From positions 49,912,001 to 49,976,000 of the forward strand of contig NC_087436.1 of assembly GCF_036321535.1 (NCBI RefSeq): 64,000 bases of DNA, read 5' to 3'. The DNA comes from Camelus dromedarius. Taxonomy: Eukaryota. The notes beneath the pieces were generated by a model, which saw only the letters and a program-made list of their open reading frames with translations, made no database searches and was not told the DNA's origin. Shown piece after piece: positions 1-10,200 of this stretch. Every line of letters begins with the position of its first letter. Position 1 is the first letter of the stretch. The translations under genes and the position numbers were made by a program.

Positions 1-1560
1 TACCTTGCTTAGGCTTTGCAGAGGTTCTTGGATCTGCAAATTGATGTTTTCCTCCCTCCCACCACCCCTGATTTGGGAAATTCACAAATAGTGAATCGTT
101 ATTGTAAAAAGTGTTGAGTTTTATTATGGCAGGCAGTTAGGTTCCTGGCAAATCTTTCTTGTCCTGTCAGTCTTTGTGATGTTATTTTCTGCTCTTTTGT
201 CTTATCTCCCTTTAGGATTTGGACTACATATGTGTTAGACTGCTTGATCTTGTTCCCTGAGTCCCTGAAGGTTTCTTAAAATTTTTTCAATTAGTTTTCC
301 AGCTTTTTTTTATATTGATGAATTTCTATTCATCTGTCTTTAAACTCAGTAACCTTGCCTTCCTCAGGTTTCCATCTTCTGTTAAGCCTACCAAGTGGAT
401 ATGCCACTTCACATATTGTATTTTTGACACGAGAATTTTCAGTTGGCTCTTTTTTATAGTTTTCATTCATCTGCTTAAATGACATTATGACAGTCTTTTC
501 CTACAAGCTTCTGTACGTATCCTAATAACTAATTTAAAAGTCTTTAGTGACAAATCCAATCTCTGTGTTATCTCAGATCATTTCTTTATTGAATGTGTTT
601 TTTGTTTAGTTTTAGTCACACTCTTATATATTTGCATGTCTAGTAATTTTTTATTATATGCTAGACATTATGCTAATACACTGTAGTGAGTCTAGATCTG
701 TGGTTAGCAAACACTTTCTTAAAGGGCCAGATACTAAGTATTTTAAGTTGTGGGCTATACAATCTCTGCTATAATTACCTAACACTGCTGTTTTAGTGGG
801 AAAGAAACAACACAAAATATTTAAACAAATGGGCATGGCTGTGTTCCAATAAAATTTATTTTCCAAAATGGCTGGCCTGCCTGTGGGGTGTGATTTGCTC
901 ACCCCTTCTCTAGAATATGATTTTTTATTGTAAAAAAGCATTCAGTTTTATTATGGCAGGCAGTTAGATTCCTGGCAAAATTTTTTATCCTGTCAGTTTT
1001 TGTTTATTATTTATTTTGATGGCTCTAAATTAGTTCTGAAGTTAGTTTTAGGTGTTTGTCCTACACCTAATCTATGAGCTTTCTAGAACTTTACTGAATA
1101 GTCAAGTTGATCAGCAATGTCTCAGACTGGTTATTATTCTGGTGTTACCATTCAGCAGTTAACTTCACATCAAATGATTACCTCTGAGTACTGTGGAATG
1201 TTACTCTGCATACTCAGGCCAGCCTTTAGCTCAGGGTCATATTTTGGATCCCCTTGGAGACATCTGTTCTCTAACTCTGTGCTGCTTTTTCTTATCCAGT
1301 ACTCAAAATTCTGGCCACTTTAGCTGACTTGAACTCTCATATCTGAATCTGATATTCAACTAGATTTTTACTCAGTTTGGCCTTAACAACCCTGTGCACT
1401 GAAATAATAACTTATCTCCATACAGAAGCCAGGGTGACTGCAATAATTACTTCAGAGTTTATAGTCCTGCATTGCCTATTTTTAAATGCCTGAAAACAGT
1501 TGTTGCATATATTTTTCCTAGTTTTATGGGTTTTTTTTCTTTCTGTAAGAAGGCAAATCA
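1..1560 (-). mobile_element. Ancient LINE-1 (L1M/L1ME-type) ORF1/5' region fragment, interrupted by MER58A
   Basis: T-rich sequence resembling the antisense of old L1 ORF1 (e.g. 'catatgtgttagactgcttgatcttgttccc', 'agaattttcagttggctcttttttatagttttcatt'); no intact ORF. Confidence 0.65.
698..907 (-). mobile_element. MER58A hAT-Charlie MITE
   Basis: Reverse of the MER58A core ('catggctgtgttccaataaaatttatt', 'aaagggccagatactaagtatttta'); flanked by a degenerate 8-bp TSD, gTCTAGAt (690-697) / cTCTAGAa (908-915). Confidence 0.9.
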
Positions 1561-1619
1561 AGTACCAATTATTGTGCAGACTGAAAGTGGAAAATCATCA
1601 ATGTCTTGCCACAGCACTC

Positions 1620-2435
1620 TGTTTAGAAAACCCACACTTCTCCTGTGTTCCTCCTTTATTCTCACATGGCTACCATACTCACAGCCCTTCTGACACAAAA
1701 TGTGTTGGTTTTTTCCCATACCATGCAATTCTGTGACATAGTTGGTGTTCTACAATTTAATTCAACTCTGACACTATCCACCTGGAGAGAGCATGAGATC
1801 CCACAGGTTAAGTTCTCAGTCCCACAAGACTGTTCCCCTCACATCATTCAGATGCCAATTGCAAGTTTGGTTGTTACTGTGCTTCCGACCAGTTATCAGT
1901 TGGAGGTTCCAACAACCACCTCCTTAGGTTCAATTAATTTACTAGAGTGGCTCACACAACTGAGAAAGATAGTCTGTTTACTATTTACAAGCTTATTATA
2001 AAAGGATATGATAAAGGATTCAACTGAACACCCAGATGGAAGAGATGTCTAGAGTAAGATAACTGTGAAGGGGCACAAAGCTTCCATGCCCTCTCTGGGC
2101 ACACCACTCTCCTGCCCACCACAACATGTTCACCAACCCAGAAACTCTCTGCAGCCCATGCTTTTGGGTTTCTTATGGAGGCTTCATCACCTAGGCATGC
2201 TAGATCATTAACTCCATTACCACCCCTTCTCCTGTCTTTAGAGAAAGGGGAGTAGGGATAAAAATTCCAAATTCCTAATCATGGCTTGGTCTTTCTGGTG
2301 ACTAGTCCCCATCCAGAAGCTCACCTAGAGCCACCTCATTAAAACAAAGGACACTGTTCTCACCCAGGGAATGCCAAAGGATTTAGCAGTGTCAGAAACT
2401 ATGGTCAAAGATCAAACACTAGAACAATGGCATCA
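1620..2435 (-). mobile_element. MER21-family solo LTR (ERVL class)
   Basis: Characteristic 'ctgacactatccacctggag...gatcccacaggttaag..ctcagtcccacaagactg' and 'ctagagtggctcacacaactgag' blocks. Confidence 0.8.
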
Positions 2436-3500
2436 TGACTGACATCATTCTCCATCCAACTTTTATTACCGACTATTTAATGATATTTTTGTCAGATTAT
2501 ATTTTATGAACATTTTCCCTTGATTGGCATAAAAGCCCAAGATTTTTTCTGACTACTTTCCTATATTCATGTTTTCATAAAAGGACTCCTATTTCTGGGA
2601 AGAAATAGTGTTGGAGCAACAATTATAATTCATCATTTTTCTCATCTCTTTTTTCTCAAGTGAAGGAATAATTGAAACCCAGCTCTTAATTTGTTCCGTA
2701 CTTGGACCCTTCTGGCTTAAAGTGTCAGAAGCATCTTCTTAACCCAAGCTGTACTAAGAATATAACGGATGAACACATTAGTCTCTATTACTTGTGAAGC
2801 ATACAGGTAACTATAAATAAATTACTTTAAAAATAAACCTTGTCAAATTATAAAAGTGTGGCAGAGGACGGTACCCCTATCTAAGAAAGAGGGAGGGTGG
2901 CGTTGTGCTGGGCAGATTTTCTCCAAGGCAAACCTCATGTAATTAACGTGACTCTGGCCCTTCAACTTTTAACATGCTTCCCCAGTGAAGCTTTCAGGGC
3001 CTTGAACTGTAACATCTGGCCACAGCTGCTAGAAATTGATTTATTCTGGAAGATCATTGGAGATTCTGACCTCTCCATTAGAGAATTTTATTTAGTTTTT
3101 TCACTATTTGTCTCTTTTTTTGCCCCAGGAGGAAGGTGAAAAAGAAATGATGTAAATATTTGTGTATGTTCTAAGAGGAACTTTCACTCTTTCAGTCTTC
3201 TTTTTCTGACACTAGATAATTGTACCCAGTCATTATTCTGAGACTGTAGGACTACAGCTATTTAATGTTACATGCACTTGCAAATGCATGTATAATGCAT
3301 GGAAAATTTAGAGTTAGCTTATCTTATAAAATTAGAATACATTGTGGATATTTGCCTACACGATAAGAAATTTTATTTCAGTCCCAATCCTGTTATTTAT
3401 TATTATTACTATTGTTAAGGTTGTTGTTGCATTTCTAAAGTTAATGTTTGAGTATTCACCTAATAGGTGGAAAATGATCATCAAATAATATTCTGTTTTG

Positions 3501-3656
3501 GGGGGAGGGTATAGCTCAGTGGCAGAGTGCGTGCTTAGCATGCACGAGGTCCTGGGTTCAATCCCCAGTACTTCCATATATTTTATATGTGTATATAAAG
3601 TATACGTACATATCTATGTATTTAAACCTAATTTTAAAAAATGAAAAGAAAATGAA
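3501..3656 (+). mobile_element. Vic-1-like tRNA-Ala-derived SINE (camelid)
   Basis: Head GGGGGAGGGTATAGCTCAGTGGCAGAGTGCGTGCTTAGCATGCACGAGGTCCTGGGTTCAATCCCCAG with Pol III A and B boxes; A-rich tail; TSD core ATTCTGTTTTG at 3490-3500 and 3657-3667. Confidence 0.9.
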
Positions 3657-4179
3657 ATTCTGTTTTGAGATTTGTTAAGTAATCAAAGATTGTCACCTTG
3701 GGTATAGGACCTGTATGGCACTTTCCATTGACATATTATTCCCCCCCAACCTTTTTTTATAGAGTTTGCAAGGGTTATATAAGTCAGAGATACGTCTGCT
3801 TTTTTAAGGAGTTGAAGACTAGTCTAAGCCGTCTTGACTCTGCTGAAGAACACCTCCCTACACACAGCATCTCATATTTAAATGTGAGCTTTGCCTTTGT
3901 GAAGATTCTTTCCTCGCCGGCTTCTTGGCACGCTGTGGCCCCGTGGGACAAGGAGCCCTCCCTCATACTGCTTTTGCCAGTGCTGCATTTTTGCTTCTGT
4001 CATTCCTCTGCCTTGGTCCTCGCGGTTGTAACAAACCACAGGTGTTACAAACTCTAAATTGGAATTGGATGTTGGAGTCCAAAAAAACTCATGATAATTA
4101 CACAGCTGTTTTAAATGGTGGTTAAGTGGCTGAAAACTGCCAAGAAACCCCACCCACATTCATTACTGTCTAAACGAAA

Positions 4180-5000
4180 AGGACGCATATATGGTGATTA
4201 TGAGGTTTCATATGAATCCCCCAAGCCATAAAGCAGACTTCCCTAATTGTCAGCTGGACTGTGCAGTGCTTGTTTAAAATAATTAGAGTGCAGCAGCGGC
4301 TTCGGCAGCAAACCTCATTTTTTTCCCCCCAAACCTCAGTGCAGGTTTTTATATCAGATACTATCAGCTTCCTGTTCATTTTGACACTATGATTCTGCCA
4401 GTCTGGAAAATGGGGAAGAGGGAAGAAAAGAATTATCCTTAATGTACACAAAGAATGCAGCCCAAAAGTCAGGAAGAGCCAGCCCCATGTGTGAGATGGA
4501 TGGAAACAATTCAGCAAACAAATCCAAACAAGGGGGGAAAATGTGATTCTCTCTTATTTTTTTCAAGAGGGATAGCTGAAATCTTTCTTAATTACTGCTT
4601 ATTCCAATGACAGAATTGTAATTTATCATTTAGTTGTAATTTGACATATGTTCACACCTTTGCCATTTCCAATTTCCTCCTTCATTCTAATTGTCTGCTT
4701 CACTCGCCTGTCATGCGCTCCTCTTGGGATTAATTCGAGCTGTCTGTCTGCACCAGGCTACCAGCACACTTGGGGCTGCCGAGAGCGTGACAGTGTCAAT
4801 GTGCACGCAGTTTATCTAAGGCATTACCCAGCCATCACGCTCCCGAAGCCTCTCTCCCCTCACTGTTTACTGTTTATTCCACTTTGCATTTGTGACTTTT
4901 CCGTGTTTTATTAGACTCTAATTACGCTCTTGGCTGTCAGCTGTAAAGAGAGAAAACGTTACATTAATTACAGTGGAGGGGGAGGTGCTTGGAATTGGTA
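4180..5000. promoter_or_regulatory. Candidate conserved non-coding element / developmental enhancer
   Basis: No recognisable repeat; dense TAAT/ATTA cores; TGACAG/CTGTCA at 4608, 4708, 4788 and 4934; locally retained CpGs. Conservation not verified. Confidence 0.55.
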
Positions 5001-6719
5001 ATAAATGGACCAGTAGATGTCTCTCTCTGTCTCTAAGATCCGTGCATGATTTAAATACTCTTCTTGTTCCACTTTGGTTTGAATCCTTGATAGATGCCTA
5101 CACTCAAACACAAACATGCAAATGTTCAAGCTAATGTAACTTTTGTGTGCAAAACCATTTCCCCCCCATCTCATCTAAGACTAGGTAAATTGGCATTAGT
5201 AAGACAGAAACCTTAGCTTTCAAACAACCATGGGTTTTCAAAGGTCAATTGTTTAATCCATGGATGGTGTCAAAACAAACACAATACAGAGTGGTGTTGG
5301 CGGGGGCATATCCAGTGAGCACTGATACAGTTCAGCTTTTTAGAGGTAGATGTTGTTTTGGTCCATTGGAAACCGTTAATTTCTCTTTCCTAAGGGCATC
5401 TCAGCCTATTAAAATCCGGCAATAGTTTCTACTTTTAACATTTTTTTGTCTTCAGAAAAAAATTCTTTTTGTTGTTTCTAGCCCACCTAAACCATAATAG
5501 TACAGATTTTCTGTTTTCCTGCTGAATAGATTTTCATGATAGCTAAAACTTCCTGGTAATATGAAGCGGAGGAAATATATCTCCCCCCACCCCGCCCCCC
5601 GATCCATTTAGTCCATTAGGATGGACGGTAATTCCTTGAATTAGTTGCATCATTCCCCTGAAGGTCTGAAAGGCTGACTGTGACTCCTTTGACTATCTCA
5701 TTCTCTGTGAAGATGGACTTGTATTTTGTTCTCTCCTCTTAGAATTTCCTCAGTCATGCTTCAGGTAATTAGGAGGCTGAGGATATTCTGTAGTTTAGAT
5801 TTCTTTTCTTTCTTTCATAATCCCAGTAGTTGAAGTTCTGCTAATTGTTTTTTTTTTTTTAAGCTTCAGACTCATAGCTTTCATTCTAAAAATTGTAAAA
5901 ATACTGTAATGTAACTCTATGGTCATTATTTCAGGTATTTTTTGGCTTATTAAATGGCTGAATTTCTTCAAATAAACACATTAATTCATATTGCTAAGTT
6001 AGAATTTTTAATGAAAAACTAATAAGGCATGGATGAAGAAAGTAACAGTCTCTAAAATATATATTGTCCAGACTTTTTAAACAAAGTTTCAAATAACAGA
6101 ACACAAATTTCTGATATTTACCTAAGCTACCGGAACTATATATATTATATACTAAGATGAATATCTAAGAACATTAATATCTCATTTTTTTAAAGCAACA
6201 GTCTGATGCTTCATTTTTATTCTGCTATCCTCACTCTGGAATAAATCAATTCTAAAATATTTAAGTCTCAACTGAATTTTTACACGTAATGCAAATAAAA
6301 TATAGTTAATTATAATCAAAATTTCAGCAATCAGAATTTTCTAATGTTTAATGTTTTTAGCTAAATATATTGAAGGAGAAGAAGTTCAAGAGTAAGAGGA
6401 CAGGTATGAGAGGATGAAGAAAGACAGCAGAATAAGAAAGACTCAGAGGATAAGAGTGATTTAAGGGCAACAAATTATCAAATTAGCTAAATGTAGCATT
6501 AAACTGAATAAGCAAATAATGTTATGTAATATTTAACGTCTGCTTGGGAGGATTTTGTAGCACTACACATGCCCTCTTTATTTGCTAGATATTCTTTATG
6601 TTTATTTTATGAAAACAGTGCAAGACCTTGACAGTTGCACACCTATATCCCTGAGCATGTTTCAGCTGGCTTTTTTCAAGGATAAAATCTCTCTGAGTAC
6701 ATGTTGTTTATGACTTCCC

Positions 6720-7300
6720 TGATGAATCTGGCTCAAATTTTTTTTTTTATTTATTGGTACCTGTTTTAACCCTTTTGCTGGCTTTCAAGGTCATCCATAA
6801 TTTGATCTTATTCTAAATAAGCATACCTGTTTCCCACTACTCCATCATAAGAACATGCCAATCATTACTGATAGATCAATTGGTTCATTCATTTATTCAG
6901 GTTTGTTCAACAGGGGATAATATTTTGTATAAAGCAGTGAACAAGACAGAAACAATTTCTCCTTTGAGGTGACTAGCTTGTTCTTTGCACTGATTCCCAA
7001 ACAATTACTATTTCTGCCTCTATGCTCTTGCTCATACTAAATTTTTGGCCCCGTCCTTTGTACTCCTACCAGCTCTGCAAATCCAACCTGTTCTTGAAGG
7101 TACAGACCAATTCTAATCTTCCTAATGAAGACTTTCTAACTCACATTGTGCCAGAAAATTCAGTTTTTAATTACATGTTATTTTATATATTTTTTAAGTC
7201 TTTCTTTTTTTCCCCCCAACTTTACTGAATCCAGGTCTGTTTCCTCTTTATCCTCCAATGGCTAAAGCAGTATTTCTCAGGAAAGACCGTGCATCCCAAT
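6720..7300 (+). mobile_element. LINE-2 fragments, with a short antisense L2 3' end nested at about 6880-6980
   Basis: L2-like phrases 'ggctttcaaggtcatccataatttg', 'ttcattcatttattca...cagtgaacaagacaga' and 'tctgcctctatgctcttgctcatact'. Confidence 0.55.
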
Positions 7301-7800
7301 CATTTGTAGAACTCTTTAATAATCCGCGTGCTCTAAATTACTGTACCTTAGGGGTTAGGATCCTTGACACCTTTGTTTAAAAACGATCACAAGACAATCT
7401 GATGTGCTCTCCTGGTGTAGAGTCACTGCCCCAACCAACACTGGACACAGTACATATTGATTAACAGATGAACTGATTGATCTGGGTACTAACTATGTTA
7501 CATCACCTGCCCTACATGGACCTAAGTTAAATCACCTTGCTTGTGTCTCTGCACATTTACTATGTAAACATGGTAAAGGACTTTGGAATATTTGTAAGAA
7601 AGATGATAAAATTGTGCAATGTCTTATTTCATTGCCTTTTACTTTTATTTAAATTTTTGGATAAAATTGATCATAGAGGACTTTAAAATTGTATTGAATG
7701 ATGAGAGGAAAATTACAAAGAAATTTACTGTTTATTTTTCTTTATACAAAAGAATTTTTCATGACAGATTATTCAGTTAAAGAATAAAATAAAAGAAATA

Positions 7801-8107
7801 TTACAGAACAGAAACAGACTCACAGACATAGAAAACAAACTCATGGTTACCGGGGGGAAAGGGGGTGGAAGGGGAAGGGGATACATTGGGAATTTGAGAT
7901 TTGCAGATACTAACTACTATATATAAAATAGATAAACAACAAGTTTCTACTGTATAGCACAGGGAACTATATTCAATTTCTTGTAATAACCTATAATGAA
8001 AAAGAATATGAAAAGGAATAGATGTATGTGTATGTATGACTGAAACATTATGCTGTAACCAGAAATTGACACAACATTGTAAACTGACTACATTTCAATA
8101 AAAAAAG
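7801..8107 (+). mobile_element. Lineage-young L1 3' UTR, 5'-truncated (cetartiodactyl/camelid type)
   Basis: 'gaaacagactcacagacatagaaaacaaactcatggttacc...ctgtatagcacagggaactatattcaat...cattgtaaactgactacatttcaataaaaaaa'; flanking AAAAGAAATA repeat may be a TSD. Confidence 0.9.
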
Positions 8108-9419
8108 AAATAACATAAATAGGCAATAAGTGGGTTATAAAATGTCTTTATTAAATAAAAAAAAATCAAGATACTTCATGGAAAACAGGAGATGCAGAAA
8201 AAAGTTATTTCTTAATATCTTGTAGTTGAAAGACTTCCTAGGAGAATATGTGGGCTTATTCTGATCAATTGTGGTTGAAGTAATTTGGTCTGCTCTGCAA
8301 AGTGAAGTTACAGGCATTTGAAATTATGACTAAGTGGCCAAATAAGCAACTCAATAACCCATTAAGAAGGTATATGGTCAAGGTGCCTGCTCATTTGAAT
8401 GGGTGTGACTGTGGGAAGGGAACTTTAATGCACACCAATCTAAAAGACTGTGATAGAAAAAGATCAGGAGAGCTTACATAAAAAATCTACAAAATCTAAA
8501 CATAAATAGGATTCCAGGATCCTGCTGGTATCAAAAATAAACAAAAAATAACCTGAAATATATGTTGTCTTTCATTAATTTCAGTGTTTTCAGGCCATAG
8601 GAGAGAATATGTCAATAAAAATAAAATTCAAATATAATTTTAAAAACAAAATCTTTCCAAACCATCATTTCTGTACACCTGAAACTAACATAATATGTAT
8701 ATCAATAAAATGTGTATATGTATATCAATGAAAAAATAAAGTCAATAAAAAATAAAGTCATCTATAAAGCCACCATTAGCCAGAAGTTGAGAGATAATGA
8801 ACTTAACAAGAAGGGAAATTAACTGAAATAGTTCTCATGATTTTGGACTAAAGAAAAAAATACTGAGCAAATTTATCAGTATCAGATATCACCCCTCAGC
8901 CACTTCTTGGGCACATTCACACAAAACTAATGGAAGTTATTTGGGCAAAAAGAAATTTTTCCAATATGGAAGCATGAAATTTTATAAAAGAATGTAGAGA
9001 AGAGATATGGAATGAAATAATGTGATTAAACTTGAATTATAGATGCATAAAATAATAATTAGGTCTTATGAAGAAAAAAAATATATAGAATTAATAGGTA
9101 TGACAATAGATAATACTAGAGAAAGAAGTGGATAAAGGGAGTTCTAAGAATGTCTAGAACATAACAAAGACCTAATTTATATGGGTCCTAATAAGTCTTA
9201 AGGATGCATATTATAATTTCCAGCAAATCATTTAAAGAATAGTAAAAAAAAAAGTATAATGCAAAAACCAAATCATGAAAAAATGTTAATTAATCAAATA
9301 AAGGAAAAAAAAGAAAAAGAGATGTACAAAAAGTAGGAAAAAGAGCAAATAAGATTTTAGAGTTAACCCCCAGCATATCAGATAAAACAATCAATATGAA
9401 TTTAATTAATACTTTTTTA

Positions 9420-9644
9420 AAAGGGTTGGAAAATTACATTCCACAGGCTGAAACTGGCTTGCTGCCTGTTTGTTCTTTTTATACATAAAATTTTATTGGA
9501 ACACAGTCATGTTCATTTATGTATTGTCTACAGCTGCTTTTACACTGTAATAGCAGAGTTGAGTAATTGTGACACACCTTGGATATAGCCCACAAGATCT
9601 AAAATATTTACTCTGACTTTTTACAGAAAGTTTCCCAACCTTCC
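9420..9644 (+). mobile_element. MER58A MITE nested in the old L1
   Basis: 'ttttattggaacacagtcatg...gtattgtctacagctgctttt...gcagagttgagtaattgtgaca...aaaatatttact..tttacagaaagttt'. Confidence 0.88.
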
Positions 9645-10140
9645 TCTAAAAGACAGAGATTATCAGCTAGATTTAAGAAAAGAAAAGAAAAAAAACTTAT
9701 AGCACTTAAAGGTGCTATCATCAATCAATCTAAATACCATTGTAAATGTATTCTATATTATATAAACATAAATATACAGGAACATTGAAAGTAAGATGGG
9801 AAAAAGACATATCATGCAAACACTAACCAGAAGAAAGCTAGTGGAGCTATACAAATGTCAGAAAAAAGTCTTTAAATTAAGGAGCATTACTTGAGATAAA
9901 AATGGATATTTCATAACAAAAAAGAAAAAAACTTGAAGAGGAAATAGTGTTTATAGATTTTTATACACTAATACTATAGCTTAGCATTTATAAAACTGAT
10001 ATAGCTAAAAGGGGAGACTTTATAAGCACTAATTCTGACATTTCTATCATTAACTGAAAGAACAAACATTTCTAGCAGTAAGTAAGTGAGAAAGGAAGAC
10101 TTGAACCATACAATCACAAATCACCTAATTGGCATTTGCT

Positions 10141-10200
10141 ATCATCTTTCTGTCTCTCTGTCTATCTGTCTATCTGTCTGTCTATCTATCTATCTACCTA
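10141..10200 (+). repeat. (TCTA/TCTG)n microsatellite
   Basis: Visible directly: tctatctgtctatctgtctgtctatctatctatct. Confidence 0.9.

Noticed and set aside
3505..3576. Bona fide tRNA-Ala(AGC) gene
   Set aside because: It has a SINE 5' extension, an A-rich tail, a TSD and an acceptor-stem mismatch, and related decayed copies occur elsewhere in the window. Annotated as a SINE; its tRNA-likeness is listed as a finding.
4299..4310. GCTTCGGCAGCA match to the U6 snRNA 5' end
   Set aside because: Only about 12 nt match. The rest of U6 (CATATACTAAAATTGGAACG...) is absent, so this is likely chance.
3698..4914. Cluster of 60-119-aa ORFs in the repeat-free island
   Set aside because: No recognisable domains, ORFs on both strands, and no convincing splice-bounded coding frame. 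A non-coding regulatory explanation fits better.
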